Below are positions 48,553-59,942 of a stretch of DNA of 64,000 nt, piece by piece. The translations under genes were made by a program, and so were the position numbers. The notes under the pieces were generated by a model, which saw only the letters and a program-made list of their open reading frames with translations, was not told the origin of the DNA and searched no databases. The DNA is from Candidatus Uhrbacteria bacterium (GTDB lineage: Bacteria; Patescibacteriota; Patescibacteriia; GWA2-47-26), in contig JACPJN010000007.1 in the NCBI GenBank assembly GCA_016187515.1, forward strand, positions 68,046-132,045, given 5' to 3'. Numbering within the stretch: the stretch's first letter is position 1; every line of letters starts with the position of its first letter.

Positions 48553-49197
48553 TTACTTGCGATCCTTCTCAAATATCTCCCCCCGATACACCCAAACCTT
48601 AATCCCGATCTTGCCGTAGATCGTCTGGGCTTCTCCGAAGGAATAATCAATATCCGCGCGAAGATTCTGCAGGGGAATTGAACCAAAGGAAACGGTCTCA
48701 TCGCGGGCAATTTCCGCGCCATTCAGCCGCCCGGAAACGGTAATCTTGGCGCCCAGCGCTCCGGCCTTGGAAATACGCTCCAGGGACTGCTTAATCGAAG
48801 TCCGAAACGGAATTCTTTTTTCCAGATCAAGTTTAATGCCTTCCGCCACTACCGCTCCGTGCAAAGACGGCTTGTCGATCTCTTGGATGTTAATGGTCAG
48901 CGTGGTCAGCGTTTTAAACTTCGACTTGAGCTTGCGCTTCAGCTCCTCGATCTGCGCCCCGCCGCGGCCGATAATCAGGCCCGGCTTGGCGGCAAAAATC
49001 GTGGCCACTGCTCCGGAACTGGAGCGTTCAATCTCTATTTTAACCACCCCGGCCCCGACCAATGATTTTAGGATAAAATCGCGCATCAGCACGTCATCTT
49101 TAAGATAGCCCCGCATATTCTTACGGGAGAACCATTTGGATGGCCAGGTATAAATATTGCCGATTCGGAAGGCGAAAGGATGGACTTTTTGACCCAT
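48553..49197 (-). CDS. rpsC: 30S ribosomal protein S3
   Basis: MGQKVHP, GRLNGAEIAR. Confidence 0.97.
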   Translation of the reverse strand: MGQKVHPFAFRIGNIYTWPSKWFSRKNMRGYLKDDVLMRDFILKSLVGAGVVKIEIERSSSGAVATIFAAKPGLIIGRGGAQIEELKRKLKSKFKTLTTLTINIQEIDKPSLHGAVVAEGIKLDLEKRIPFRTSIKQSLERISKAGALGAKITVSGRLNGAEIARDETVSFGSIPLQNLRADIDYSFGEAQTIYGKIGIKVWVYRGEIFEKDRK

Positions 49198-49288
49198 GTT
49201 TTTGTAGTTATTAGGTTATGAGTTATTGGGTTATTAAGTTATTCGTATTGATTTCGACGCATTTAATAACCTAATAACTTAATAACTA

Positions 49289-49621
49289 TTAACTCTTTTC
49301 TGTCAATACGATTGTTATATGGCTGGTTCGTTTGCGAATCGGAGCGGCGCGTCCCATCGCTCTGGCTCTAAAACGTTTAAGCGTTGGACCGGGATCAACA
49401 GTAATCTTCTGGATATACAATTTTTCCGGATTCATTTTTTTCCCTTCCGCGTTGGCTCTTGCGGATTGAAGAAGTTTTAAGAGCGGCCCTTTGGCGGCCT
49501 TGGTAACCACCTGCAGCTGAAGTAAGGCCTGCGCTAATGATTTTCCCCGCACCAAATCCGCAAGCAGGCGAATCTTGCGCGGTGACATTCGGATGAATCT
49601 TGCGGTGGCTTTTGCTTCCAT
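49289..49621 (-). CDS. rplV: 50S ribosomal protein L22
   Basis: SPRK.RL, RA.GRA..I.KRTSHI. Confidence 0.96.
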   Translation of the reverse strand: MEAKATARFIRMSPRKIRLLADLVRGKSLAQALLQLQVVTKAAKGPLLKLLQSARANAEGKKMNPEKLYIQKITVDPGPTLKRFRARAMGRAAPIRKRTSHITIVLTEKS

Positions 49622-49703
49622 ACAATCGAGTCGTCAGTCATCAGTTCACGGTTCACAGTACGATCGGAATCAATACTGTCGACTGTGAACTGACGTCGGT
49701 GAA

Positions 49704-50039
49704 CTACTTCTTAGTTTCCGTCTTCGCCGCCTCGGTCTGCGCTTTGGCGGCCTCCGCCGCTTTGGTCTCCAGCTCGCGCTGCATCTTACCGCCGTGTCTG
49801 ACGAATTTACGCGTCAGCGCGAACTCTCCAAGCTTGTGTCCCACCATATCTTCAACGATAAAGACGGGAAGGTGATTTCTGCCATTATGCACGCCGATGG
49901 TAAACCCAACCATTTCCGGAGCGACTGTCGAGTCGCGCGACCAGGTTTTAATGACAGTTTTATCGCCCGGCCGCAGACGGCGAACTTTATTCAGCAATTT
50001 CTCATCAACAAACGGGCCTTTTTTTAAACTTCGCGACAT
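49704..50039 (-). CDS. rpsS: 30S ribosomal protein S19
   Basis: [17 protein letters not shown]. Confidence 0.97.
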   Translation of the reverse strand: MSRSLKKGPFVDEKLLNKVRRLRPGDKTVIKTWSRDSTVAPEMVGFTIGVHNGRNHLPVFIVEDMVGHKLGEFALTRKFVRHGGKMQRELETKAAEAAKAQTEAAKTETKK

Positions 50040-50123
50040 ATTGTGTGTCGGGTAAATCAAGTAAATCAGGCGAGGCAAGTGAATCAAGCGCTTGATTTAC
50101 CTGATTTACTTGCTTCACTTGAT

Positions 50124-50954
50124 TTACCGTCGTCTTTTTATAATTAAACTGTCAGACCATTTCTCGCGTTTGCGGGTTTTGACTCCCAAGGCCGGCTTGC
50201 CCCACGGAGTTTTTGGACGAGTCAAGCCGATCGGATTATGACCTTCTCCGCCGCCGTGGGGGTGATCGACCGGATTCATGGCCTTACCGCGCACCGTCGG
50301 CCGGCGTCCTTTGTGGCGCATCCGGCCGGCTTTTCCCCAGCGAATAAGCCGCCGATCCGGATTGGAGACCTGTCCCAGGGTCGCCGAGGCGTCTTGCGAA
50401 ACCTTGCGCACTTCCCCGGAAGGGAGCTGAACTTGCGCGTAACCATTTTCCAGAGCCAGCAGTACCGCGCTTTCTCCCGCGCTGCGAACCAGAATGCCCC
50501 GGGTGGCCGGCTCCAGTTCAATGCTAAAGATCGGCTGACCAACCGGAATGTATTTCAACGGCATGCGGTTGCCCGGTTTTGGCTCGACCGGCTTTCGCGA
50601 GGAAATCACGGCCGCTCCGACTTTAAGACCGTTGGGCGCGACAATATACCGGCGCTCGCCATCTGCGTATTTAATAAGCGCAATCCGCGCGCTGCGGTAG
50701 GGGTCATATTCAATGGCCTCCACCACGGCGGGAAGATCGTACCGATCCTGCTTAAAATCAATCAAACGATAATAGCGCTTGGCTCCGCCGACCCGATGGC
50801 GCACCGTGACTTTTCCTTGGATATTGCGGCCGGCGTGAGTGGGGAGCATGACGGTAAGCGATTTCTCCGGTTCATGCTTGGTAATATCTTCAAAGGCATC
50901 CACGCTGATATTGCGGCGTCCGGAACTGGTAGGTTTTAGAATTCGGATTGGCAT
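50124..50954 (-). CDS. rplB: 50S ribosomal protein L2
   Basis: [13 protein letters not shown]. Confidence 0.98.
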   Translation of the reverse strand: MPIRILKPTSSGRRNISVDAFEDITKHEPEKSLTVMLPTHAGRNIQGKVTVRHRVGGAKRYYRLIDFKQDRYDLPAVVEAIEYDPYRSARIALIKYADGERRYIVAPNGLKVGAAVISSRKPVEPKPGNRMPLKYIPVGQPIFSIELEPATRGILVRSAGESAVLLALENGYAQVQLPSGEVRKVSQDASATLGQVSNPDRRLIRWGKAGRMRHKGRRPTVRGKAMNPVDHPHGGGEGHNPIGLTRPKTPWGKPALGVKTRKREKWSDSLIIKRRR

Positions 50955-51035
50955 ATATTGAGTCATCAGTCATCAGTTCACGGTTCACAGTATTGTTGGA
51001 CTCAATGCTGTTGACTGTGAACTGACGTCTGTGAA

Positions 51036-51461
51036 CTATTTCTTGTACACATCAATGGTTTTCCCGGCTGGTAAAGCCACCACGGCCTTTTTCCAATCCT
51101 TGGTCTGGCCTCCGGACCGGCCGAAACGCACCAGTTTACCGGCCATCCGGGTCATATTTACCGCCGTCGGCTTTATCCCGAACAGTTCCTCCACCGCTTT
51201 CATTACTTCGCCTTTGGAGGATGAAATTCCCACTTCAAAGATATACTGGCCGGACGCTTGCAGCAGGGAGGACTTTTCGGAAACATGCGGACGCAGCAGG
51301 ACGTGCGCGTATCGGCCGGCGCCCTGCGGCGCAGAGCTTAGGGCGGGAAGCGGAGAGCTTTTAGCCGCTACCGCTTGCGCTTTGCTCGCCGCGCTTTGCT
51401 CGCCGCGCTTTGCCCCAAAGGGCTTCTTTTTCCAACGAAATAATTTATCAAGAAAGGCCAT
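51036..51461 (-). CDS. rplW: 50S ribosomal protein L23 with N-terminal extension
   Basis: P.VSEKS, WKKAVV.L. Confidence 0.92.
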   Translation of the reverse strand: MAFLDKLFRWKKKPFGAKRGEQSAASKAQAVAAKSSPLPALSSAPQGAGRYAHVLLRPHVSEKSSLLQASGQYIFEVGISSSKGEVMKAVEELFGIKPTAVNMTRMAGKLVRFGRSGGQTKDWKKAVVALPAGKTIDVYKK

Positions 51462-51537
51462 ATATTGAGTCGTCAGTCATCAGTCCACGGTTCACAGTAC
51501 CGATCGATACTGTCGACTGTGAACTGACGTCTGTGAA

Positions 51538-52167
51538 CTATCGTGCGTATATCTTCTCCATTTCCTTAACTCCTTCCACCGTGGTAATCAGATTTTGATG
51601 CCTTAAAATATCCACGACATTAAAGCTGCCAACCCACATCGCCGTCACACCCCGGGCATTGGCCGCCAGATGTCCCACCTCTTTTAGCGCGGAGGGCAGC
51701 GCGAGAATGGTTTTTCCGCGCTTAAGCGGCAGCTTATTCAATATCTCCATAACCGCTTTGGTTTTTTTCAGCGCCGGAGTCAAATTTTCAAGCACCAGGA
51801 ACTGCTGTCCGAAAACCTTATCGGAAAGAGCCATCGCGAGCGCGGCTCGCCTGACCTTGCGGTTGACTTTTTGCTTAAAATTACGATTGGAGCGGGGACC
51901 AAAAGTAATGCCTCCGCCGCGCCAGAGCGGTGAACGGATTGAGCCATGACGAGCGCGACCCGTGCCTTTCTGCTTCCAAGGTTTTTTACCTCCGCCGCGC
52001 ACTTCTCCGCGTTTTTTGGTATGCGCAATACTGACTCGCGCGTTAGCTTGCTGGGCAACGACGGCTTGGTGCAGCACCGCCGCCTTTGGTTTTACTCCAA
52101 ACAACGCCTGGCTTACCTCAAGCGTGCTTACTTTTTGACCTTGCTGGTTGTAAACGGGTAATTGCAT
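51538..52167 (-). CDS. rplD: 50S ribosomal protein L4
   Basis: KPWKQKGTGRARHGS. Confidence 0.97.
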   Translation of the reverse strand: MQLPVYNQQGQKVSTLEVSQALFGVKPKAAVLHQAVVAQQANARVSIAHTKKRGEVRGGGKKPWKQKGTGRARHGSIRSPLWRGGGITFGPRSNRNFKQKVNRKVRRAALAMALSDKVFGQQFLVLENLTPALKKTKAVMEILNKLPLKRGKTILALPSALKEVGHLAANARGVTAMWVGSFNVVDILRHQNLITTVEGVKEMEKIYAR

Positions 52168-52235
52168 ATGCGGGATACTGATGGCCACGGATTTTTTACG
52201 GATGGCCAACGGATCACGGATCCGTGATCTTGTGG

Positions 52236-52838
52236 CTATCCAGTTATTACGACCAACCCTCCCCTCGCGCCCGGAATCGCCCCTTTGATCAGCAACTGAT
52301 TTTTATCTTTATCAACTTCCATAATTTGGAGATTCGCGACGGTAACATTTCCTCCGCCCATGCGTCCGGCCATCCGCTGTCCTTTACGCACATGCTGCAC
52401 GCCTCCGGCGCCGATTGATCCCGGCATCCGGAGCTGATCCTTGTGGCCGTGGGTCGCCGGACTGCCATGAAAGCCATGGCGTTTAACCACGCCTTGAAAC
52501 CCTTTCCCTTTGGAGACACCGGTCACCTTAACTTTGTCACCTGGCGCAAACATACTGACATCCAACACATCGCCGCGCTTGACTTCTGCATCGTGAATCA
52601 TGATCTCGCGAAGCCACCTTAACTGCGGCAACTCTTTCAAGTGTCCGCGCAGCGGTTTAGTGAGCTGCTTTTTTAGACCGCTACCAAGCTGAACCGCTTC
52701 GTAGCCGTCCTTATCTTTGGTCTTGACCTGGGTGATGTAGCAAGGCCCGGCCTGAACAATAGTTACCGGCACTACGCGGCCCTTTTCGTCCCACACCTGG
52801 GTCATGGATAATTTTTTTCCGAGGATGCACTTCACCAT
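52236..52838 (-). CDS. rplC: 50S ribosomal protein L3
   Basis: KGKGFQGVVKR. Confidence 0.97.
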   Translation of the reverse strand: MVKCILGKKLSMTQVWDEKGRVVPVTIVQAGPCYITQVKTKDKDGYEAVQLGSGLKKQLTKPLRGHLKELPQLRWLREIMIHDAEVKRGDVLDVSMFAPGDKVKVTGVSKGKGFQGVVKRHGFHGSPATHGHKDQLRMPGSIGAGGVQHVRKGQRMAGRMGGGNVTVANLQIMEVDKDKNQLLIKGAIPGARGGLVVITG

Positions 52839-53058
52839 AAAGCAAAAGCCAGAAACCCGCCGGATACGAGTTTCTAGCCCTTAATTACACAAAGGCCCGC
52901 TATTTTCTTGATCTCAAGTTACGCGATACGCTTTACTTTCTATGCTTCCGGCAGGTTGCGGATGTTTTCTTGAAGATCTTATCCGCCCCATTTTGAAGCA
53001 TGGTTCGATTTTTCATTCGTGAGTCATTCGTAAACATTCGCGAACGATTCGTGTATAC

Positions 53059-53421
53059 TTACATCTTGATCTCCACGTCCACTCCGGCCGGCAGATTCAA
53101 ACTGGTCAGCGCTTCGATGGTGCGCGGCGTGGGATCAACAATATCCAGGAGTCGTTTATGGATGCGCATCTCGTACTGTTCCCGGCTATCCTTGTGCACA
53201 AACGTGGCGCGATTTACCGTATACTTGCGCTTCTCGGTCGGAAGCGGAACCGGCCCGTGAATGGCGGCGCCGGTACGCAAGGCGGTATCCATAATGGTGC
53301 GCGCTGATTGATCAATGATCTTATGATCATAAGCGCGAATCCGGATGCGAATCCGCTGATGCGTCTCTTCCTGGCTTTTTTTGGCGCTTGGACTTTGAGG
53401 ATGGTGATGAGCTTCGGTCAT
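53059..53421 (-). CDS. rpsJ: 30S ribosomal protein S10
   Basis: [16 protein letters not shown]. Confidence 0.97.
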   Translation of the reverse strand: MTEAHHHPQSPSAKKSQEETHQRIRIRIRAYDHKIIDQSARTIMDTALRTGAAIHGPVPLPTEKRKYTVNRATFVHKDSREQYEMRIHKRLLDIVDPTPRTIEALTSLNLPAGVDVEIKM

Positions 53422-53496
53422 GAAAGAACAAGGTTTAGTTATTGAGTTATTAAGTTATTATTTACTCAATAACCCAATAACTCATAACTTAATAAC

Positions 53497-54690
53497 TCAC
53501 TTTATAATTTTCGTCACCACCCCGGCGCCCACGGTTTTACCGCCCTCACGGATCGCAAACCGCTGCTTCTCTTCCAGCGCCACCGGGGAGATAAGTTTGA
53601 TTTTAAGCGCTACCGTATCGCCCGGCATGACCATTTCCACTCCGGCCGGAAGCTCCGTAATGTCTCCGGTGACGTCCGTAGTGCGAATGTAGAACTGCGG
53701 CTTGTATCCTTTGAAGAACGGCTTATGCCTTCCGCCTTCTTCTTTGGTCAAACAATACACTTCCGCCTCGACTTCCGTATGCGGGGTAATCGAACCCGGC
53801 TTGGCGAGCACCATCCCGCGCTCCACTTCTTCTTTTTTGGTGCCGCGCAGCAAGATTCCGGCATTGTCCCCGGCGCGCCCTTCGTCCAATTGTTTGTTAA
53901 ACATCTCAATACCGGTTACGACGGTCTTGCGCGTGTCTCCCAAACCCACAATCTCGATTTCCTCGTTGATCTTAACCTGGCCGCGTTCAATACGGCCGGT
54001 TACGACCGTACCGCGGCCTTCAATGGAAAAGATATCCTCAATCGGCATCAGGAAGGGCTTGGCGACATCGCGCACCGGTTCAGGAATATATTCATCCAGG
54101 ATTTTGACCAACTCCAAAAGCGGTTTAGCGGACTCTTCATCCTTGGGATTCTGCAGGGCTTTGAGCGCTGAACCGCGAATAATCGGGGTGGTGTCCCCGG
54201 GAAAATCGTATTTTTTAAGCAGTTCGCGAACCTCTTCTTCCACCAGATCAATCAGCTCCTTATCTTCCACTTGATCAACTTTATTCAAAAATACCACAAT
54301 AAAAGGCACGCCGACTTGACGGGCCAGCAAAATGTGTTCGCGGGTTTGCGGCATCGGGCCGTCGGCGGCGGAAACCACCAAAATCGCGCCATCCATCTGG
54401 GCCGCGCCGGTAATCATGTTTTTTACATAATCCGCGTGCCCGGGACAGTCCACGTGAGCGTAGTGGCGCTTGTCCGATTCATACTCCACATGAGCAGTGG
54501 CAATCGTAATTCCGCGCGCCTTTTCTTCCGGCGCGTTATCAATTTGATCCACTGATTTATCCTGCGCTTTCATGCCATGCGCGCGCAGCACGTTTAAAAG
54601 CGACGCCGTCAAAGTCGTCTTGCCATGGTCAACGTGGCCAATGGTGCCCACGTTAATATGTGGTTTAGTGCGCTCAAATTTCTCGGCCAT
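53497..54690 (-). CDS. tuf: Elongation factor Tu
   Basis: [17 protein letters not shown]. Confidence 0.99.
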   Translation of the reverse strand: MAEKFERTKPHINVGTIGHVDHGKTTLTASLLNVLRAHGMKAQDKSVDQIDNAPEEKARGITIATAHVEYESDKRHYAHVDCPGHADYVKNMITGAAQMDGAILVVSAADGPMPQTREHILLARQVGVPFIVVFLNKVDQVEDKELIDLVEEEVRELLKKYDFPGDTTPIIRGSALKALQNPKDEESAKPLLELVKILDEYIPEPVRDVAKPFLMPIEDIFSIEGRGTVVTGRIERGQVKINEEIEIVGLGDTRKTVVTGIEMFNKQLDEGRAGDNAGILLRGTKKEEVERGMVLAKPGSITPHTEVEAEVYCLTKEEGGRHKPFFKGYKPQFYIRTTDVTGDITELPAGVEMVMPGDTVALKIKLISPVALEEKQRFAIREGGKTVGAGVVTKIIK

Positions 54691-54778
54691 ACTTTTTTAG
54701 TGAGTGATTGAGTTATTAAGTTATTGAGTTATTAAGGCATGAAAAACCTAATAACCTAATAACTCAATAACTTAATAA

Positions 54779-55102
54779 CTACTCCGCTGGTTCCATGTAA
54801 TAACGGTCCTCTTCAGCCGCCCCATCGCCGCCCCACTCCCCGGCGCCGGTCTGGCGGGTTTCTTTCCAAAGGGCTAAATCCGGATCTATAATACCAGAGG
54901 CCTTATTTTCCGTCAAGGACGGTGGACGAAGGGGGGATAATTCCGGTCCTTTTACGATTGGGCCGGAGCGCATTGCCAAACGCTCATATTCATCAATGTT
55001 CATAAGGGCAAATGATGCTCCGGAGATCGAATCAACAACAATCACCCGCTCCCCTGTTTTAGCAATAATTCCCATTATTTTAGCCAAAATTTCCGGTGTC
55101 AT
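54779..55102 (-). CDS. Hypothetical protein
   Basis: ORF ending EEDRYYMEPAE directly upstream of tuf. Confidence 0.65.
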   Translation of the reverse strand: MTPEILAKIMGIIAKTGERVIVVDSISGASFALMNIDEYERLAMRSGPIVKGPELSPLRPPSLTENKASGIIDPDLALWKETRQTGAGEWGGDGAAEEDRYYMEPAE

Positions 55103-55190
55103 AGCCAATGTGTCTATAGAATACCATGCCGCTTAAAACTGGTCAATAGCGCCTGGCAATACGCAATATATCCCATAATCTAATGGTCGG

Positions 55191-56507
55191 CTATGGTTTT
55201 TTTCGCAAACACCCATCACAACTCCGGCAATTCACGATCCGCGCGGCATCCGGATCGCCGAAGTACTCCAGAATTTTGCGGCGGCGGCACTGGCGGGTCG
55301 TAACATAACGGGTCATGCGCGTGAGGCGCGCGGTGCGGAGCGCCGCAAACGCTTCAGCATCTTTCTTGCTCTGGCCTTTCTCCAGCATATCCTGCAATCC
55401 TTTCCTGATAAAATATTCCTGCAAATTTTTATCCGCCCAGCAGTGCAGTAAAATACACTGCGCCGGTTTGCCATCGCGTCCGGCGCGTCCGGCTTCCTGA
55501 TAATAGGCCTCCAGCGATCCGGGCATGGCGCCGTGGATTACAAACCGCACCTCCGGCTTATCAATGCCCATGCCAAAGGCCACCGTAGCCACAATCACCC
55601 GCGCCTGATCGGCCATAAAAGCGTCCTGTACTTCACGGCGCACCTCCGGATCAAGTCCGGCATGATAAGGCAGGGCCTCAATCCCGGCTTCACAAAATAG
55701 TTCGGCAAGCTCTTCCGCGCGATCGCGAGTTCCGGAATAAACAATACCGCTGCCCGGTGTGTTTTTTACCAGGTGCAAAAGCTCTGCATCGCGATCGTAA
55801 CTCGTCATTCCTTGCTCCACGCCATAGTGTAAATTCGGCCGGTCAAATCCGCGCACAAACACTGCGGGCTGTTTAAGTCCAAGTTGCGCCACGATGTCAT
55901 CTTTTACCTCCGGTGTGGCCGTGGCCGTGCAGCCCACCACCGTGGGGCGGCGCGGCAATTTTTTCACCATCTCGCGCAGCGTCAAATAATCCGGCCGAAA
56001 ATCATGCCCCCAGTGCGACACGCAATGCGCTTCATCAATCGCAAACAGCGCCACCGGCAGTTTTTCAAACGCGCGCACAAAATCTTTTGACCCAAAGCGC
56101 TCCGGCGCAATATAGAGAATACGCACGTCGCCACTTACCACCGCGTCCATAATCGCGGAAATTTCATTCGGGTGAAGCGTGCTGTTTACAAACTCGGCCG
56201 GAATCCCGCGGGCCTTCAGCGCACCGACTTGATCTTTCATCAGCGCAATTAAGGGCGACACTATCACGGTTATCCCCGGCATGGTCAGCGCCGGCAACTG
56301 GTAACACAAGGACTTTCCCGCGCCGGTGGGCATCACCGCCAGCACATCCTGACCGCGCAAGACCGCCGCGATCACTTCCTGCTGTCCATGCCGAAACTCC
56401 GCAAATCCCCAATACTGTTTCAGAAGTTCATGGGGCGGCGCAATAGATAATGGTTCCAAAAGTGTGGGGGTGGACTTTACGGAGGAACGAAAAGAAAAAA
56501 ATGGCAT
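55191..56507 (-). CDS. recQ: RecQ-family ATP-dependent DNA helicase, short form
   Basis: MPTGAGKSLCYQ, DEAHCVS.WGHDFRP, QEAGRAGRDG, Zn domain. Confidence 0.93.
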   Translation of the reverse strand: MPFFSFRSSVKSTPTLLEPLSIAPPHELLKQYWGFAEFRHGQQEVIAAVLRGQDVLAVMPTGAGKSLCYQLPALTMPGITVIVSPLIALMKDQVGALKARGIPAEFVNSTLHPNEISAIMDAVVSGDVRILYIAPERFGSKDFVRAFEKLPVALFAIDEAHCVSHWGHDFRPDYLTLREMVKKLPRRPTVVGCTATATPEVKDDIVAQLGLKQPAVFVRGFDRPNLHYGVEQGMTSYDRDAELLHLVKNTPGSGIVYSGTRDRAEELAELFCEAGIEALPYHAGLDPEVRREVQDAFMADQARVIVATVAFGMGIDKPEVRFVIHGAMPGSLEAYYQEAGRAGRDGKPAQCILLHCWADKNLQEYFIRKGLQDMLEKGQSKKDAEAFAALRTARLTRMTRYVTTRQCRRRKILEYFGDPDAARIVNCRSCDGCLRKKP

Positions 56508-56545
56508 TGAACTGATATATGCAAAATTATTACAAACTCCCACTT

Positions 56546-56785
56546 TCAAGAAATCAAACCTAAACGGCGAAGATCATCATCAGTCCATCTTGCTCCATCA
56601 ATCATACTTTTGAGTGTTTTGGGCGGAAAGGTTGCACTCGGCCGATGGAACGAAACAATAACGCGTCTGCCATCTTTATGATAGTAGACGCGATGACTTC
56701 CTTTATTGCGTGTCCAAATAAATCCATCGGCTACAAGCGCGCGGATAAATTCCTGCGCTGTAACATTACGCAGTTCTGGATGCAT
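56546..56785 (-). CDS. HicA-family toxin
   Basis: L...GF....KGSH; TLKSM. Confidence 0.88.
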   Translation of the reverse strand: MHPELRNVTAQEFIRALVADGFIWTRNKGSHRVYYHKDGRRVIVSFHRPSATFPPKTLKSMIDGARWTDDDLRRLGLIS

Positions 56786-56788
56786 AGT

Positions 56789-57058
56789 TTATGCGGCGAC
56801 CACACTCACCAGCGGCGCCGCAATAACTTCTTTGGCGCCACTTATTGATTCATTGTGCGCTTGCATATCTTCAACATATGCCTCCACTGCTTCGCGAATA
56901 TTTTTAAGCGCCTCAGCTTGCGTATATCCCCAGGTGGCGCATCCAGGAAGCGCAGGACACGAAGCAGCCCATCTACCATCCTCATCCTGTTCTACCTTCA
57001 CCTCAAACACATAGGTCTTAAAACCACTTTGATCTTTGGTAAAAATTTCATGAGCCAT
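56789..57058 (-). CDS. HicB-family antitoxin
   Basis: P.LPGC.T.G.T..EAL.N.REA. Confidence 0.88.
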   Translation of the reverse strand: MAHEIFTKDQSGFKTYVFEVKVEQDEDGRWAASCPALPGCATWGYTQAEALKNIREAVEAYVEDMQAHNESISGAKEVIAAPLVSVVAA

Positions 57059-57212
57059 AGTAAATATTATGATCTTATTCTTTTCAGTATACCACCACAA
57101 ATTTCTGTGTCAAATTGAAAAAGCGCCTCGCTTCCGATCGTTGGTCGGACCGCGCTACATCGCGTCCCGCCATGGCGGGACGACTACATTCTGCATTCTA
57201 CATTCTGCATTA

Positions 57213-59297
57213 TTACTTCCCTCCGCCTTTGGCCTCAATTATTCCTTGCGCCACGTTGTTGGGCACTTCGGCGTAGTGGGAAAATTCCATGGAATAGGAG
57301 CCGCGGCCTTGGGTCATTGAACGGAGCGAAGTCGCATAGCCGAACATTTCGGCCAGCGGAACATCCGCGTCAATGACTTTGATATTTTGCCGATCGCGCA
57401 TTTCCTTGATGATGCCGCGCTTGGAGTTTAAGTCGCCGATGACCGTACCCATGGCTTGCTCGGTGGTCAGCACTTCAATTTTCATCACCGGCTCCAACAG
57501 CGCCGGACTGGCGCGCTTGACCGCGGCTTGAAGCGCCATGGATCCGGCAATCTTAAAGGCGATCTCGGATGAGTCCACGTCGTGGTAGGAACCGTCATAC
57601 ACGAACACGGTAAGGTCGATTACCGGATATCCGGCCACTACGCCTTTATCAATGGCCTCGCGCACGCCTTTTTGAATCGCCGGAATAAATTCTCGGGGAA
57701 TGGACCCGCCTTTGACTTCATCTACAAATTCATATCCGCTCCCGCGTTCTTTCGGTTCCACTCTTAAATAGCAATGCCCATACTGCCCATGCCCGCCGGT
57801 CTGCCGTATGTATTTGCCTTCGGCCTGCGCCGGCGCGCGGATGGTTTCTTTGTAAGCCACTTGCGGACGGCCCACATTGGCTTCCACTTTAAACTCGCGC
57901 TTCATGCGATCCACGATAATGTCCAAATGCAGCTCCCCCATGCCGGAAATAATGGTCTGCAATGTCTCCTCGTCCGTGCGGATGCGAAAAGTCGGATCTT
58001 CTTCCGCGAGTTTCTGCATGGCGATCCCCATTTTTTCCTGGTCCGCCTTGGTCTTGGGTTCAATGGCCACGGAAATAACCGGCTCGGGAAACGTAATGGA
58101 CTCCAAAAGCACCGGATGCGCCGGATCGCATAAAGTGTGTCCGGTAAAAGTGTTTTTGAGTCCCACGGCCGCGGCGATTTCTCCGGCATACACCTCATCC
58201 ACATCTTCGCGGGCATTGGCATGCATGCGCACCAGGCGGCCCACGCGCTCGCGCTCGCCGGTAGTGGAATTCAAAACATAGGAACCGGCTTTAAGCGTGC
58301 CGGAATAAACGCGAAAATAGCAAAGCTTGCCAATAAACGGATCCGCCGCGATTTTGAAAGCCAAGGCGGTAAAATGCTCATCGTCCGCCACCCGACGCTG
58401 CACTTCTCTCGCGTGATCTTGGGGATCCAGGCCGCGCGGCGCGGCAATGTCTACGGGTGAAGGCAAATAATCCACCACCGCGTCCAGCATAAACTGCACG
58501 CCTTTGTTTTTAAGCGCGCTACCGCAGAGTACCGGCACAATATGGAAATCAACCACGGCCCGGCGCAGGACGCGCTTTAAATCCGCCACCGGAATTTCTT
58601 CGCCCTTTAAGAATTGCTCCAGCAAGGTCTCATCATTTTCGGAGATGGCTTCCACCAGCTTGGCGCGGTATTCTTCCACTTGGTCTTTCATCTCCTCGGG
58701 CACCGCGGTCTCCTCAATCACTTTGCCCAAATCGTCTTGGTAAATATAGGCGCGACGGGCTAAAAGATCAATGATGCCGCGAAAGTTCTCCTCGGTTCCA
58801 ATCGGCAGCTGAATCGGGTAAGCGTTCTTGGTCAGGCGGGCGTGAATGGAATGCAAATCCGCGTAAAAATCCGCGCCTAAGCGATCAAGTTTATTTATAA
58901 AACAAATCCGCGGCACTTTGTACTCGTCCGCGTAATGCCAGTTGGTCTCGGACTGCGGTTCTACTCCCGCCACTCCGTCAAAAACCACTACGGCGCCATC
59001 CAACACGCGCAGCGAGCGCTTGACTTCCACGGTAAAATCAATATGGCCCGGGGTGTCAATAATATTGATCCGGTGCTCCTTCCAAAAACAAGTGGTGGCC
59101 GCGGCGGTAATCGTAATCCCGCGCTCGCGCTCCTGTTCCATCCAATCCATGGTCGTATCGCCCTCGTGCACTTCCCCGATTTTGTGTTTGCGTCCCGTAT
59201 AAAAAAGAACGCGCTCGGTCACCGTTGTCTTACCGGCGTCAATATGGGCAATGATTCCGATGTTTCTGGTGCGTTCTAATGAATATTCACGTGGCAT
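57213..59297 (-). CDS. fusA: Elongation factor G
   Basis: [14 protein letters not shown], five-domain length. Confidence 0.99.
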   Translation of the reverse strand: MPREYSLERTRNIGIIAHIDAGKTTVTERVLFYTGRKHKIGEVHEGDTTMDWMEQERERGITITAAATTCFWKEHRINIIDTPGHIDFTVEVKRSLRVLDGAVVVFDGVAGVEPQSETNWHYADEYKVPRICFINKLDRLGADFYADLHSIHARLTKNAYPIQLPIGTEENFRGIIDLLARRAYIYQDDLGKVIEETAVPEEMKDQVEEYRAKLVEAISENDETLLEQFLKGEEIPVADLKRVLRRAVVDFHIVPVLCGSALKNKGVQFMLDAVVDYLPSPVDIAAPRGLDPQDHAREVQRRVADDEHFTALAFKIAADPFIGKLCYFRVYSGTLKAGSYVLNSTTGERERVGRLVRMHANAREDVDEVYAGEIAAAVGLKNTFTGHTLCDPAHPVLLESITFPEPVISVAIEPKTKADQEKMGIAMQKLAEEDPTFRIRTDEETLQTIISGMGELHLDIIVDRMKREFKVEANVGRPQVAYKETIRAPAQAEGKYIRQTGGHGQYGHCYLRVEPKERGSGYEFVDEVKGGSIPREFIPAIQKGVREAIDKGVVAGYPVIDLTVFVYDGSYHDVDSSEIAFKIAGSMALQAAVKRASPALLEPVMKIEVLTTEQAMGTVIGDLNSKRGIIKEMRDRQNIKVIDADVPLAEMFGYATSLRSMTQGRGSYSMEFSHYAEVPNNVAQGIIEAKGGGK

Positions 59298-59389
59298 AAA
59301 TTATGAGTACGAATTACGAATCTTGTCCGAATACTACGAATCGTATTCGTGGTATTCGCAACGCCATTCGTTAATTCGTACACAGAGCG

Positions 59390-59857
59390 TTAGCGGGCGA
59401 AGTGGGCGAACGCCTTGTTCGCTTCCGCCATCCGGTGCACGTCTTGCCGCTTTTTTACCGCCGCGCCTTCTCCCTTGGCCGCGCTCATGAGCTCCTCGGA
59501 AAGCTTAACGCCCATGGGAGCGCCTTTGCGGGAGGCGGCCGCGTCAATCAGCCAGCGCGAAGCTAGAAAAAATCTCCGCTCCGGGCGCACGGGAAAGGGA
59601 ATCTGATAATTGGCTCCGCCAACCCGTTTGCTGCGAACCTCCAAAGTCGGGCTCACGTTCTTAAAGGCCTCCTCAAATACTTTGAGCGGATCCTGCTTAG
59701 ACAGCTCGTGAACGCGCGTAAGCGCCGCGTAGACGACCCGGCTCGCCGTCGATTTTTTGCCGCGGCGCATCACATAATTAATAAACTTGGCGACATCGTC
59801 GCGTGAGTATTTAACATCCGCCTGAATTTCTCGTTTGGAGGGTTTTTTATGCCTCAT
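59390..59857 (-). CDS. rpsG: 30S ribosomal protein S7
   Basis: RVGGANYQ, MAEANKAFAH. Confidence 0.97.
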   Translation of the reverse strand: MRHKKPSKREIQADVKYSRDDVAKFINYVMRRGKKSTASRVVYAALTRVHELSKQDPLKVFEEAFKNVSPTLEVRSKRVGGANYQIPFPVRPERRFFLASRWLIDAAASRKGAPMGVKLSEELMSAAKGEGAAVKKRQDVHRMAEANKAFAHFAR

Positions 59858-59942
59858 AAAACGCTGAACGTATGCGGAACTTTAGCTGAACCTATGCGGA
59901 ATTCAGTGTATGTTCCGCTTTGGTTCAGTGTAGGTTCCGTGA

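Larger units (their letters stand above)
41958..51539. repeat. Family B intergenic hairpin (~72-77 bp), six copies: 41958-42033, 45377-45448, 47054-47125, 49629-49705, 50961-51037, 51468-51539
   Basis: AGTCGTCAGTCATCAGTTCACGGTTCACAGTA...TACTGTYGACTGTGAACTGACGTCTGTGAACT. Confidence 0.95.
6551..54780. repeat. Family A intergenic hairpin (8-nt GTTATTGG/AATAAC units): ~6551-6626, 40794-40873, 45867-45933, 48001-48073, 49207-49287, 53437-53497, 54704-54780
   Basis: Tandem GTTATTRR left arm and YYAATAAC right arm. Confidence 0.9.

Noticed and set aside
41958-51539. CRISPR repeats (family B)
   Set aside because: Copies are ~75 bp and separated by ribosomal protein genes, not spacers.
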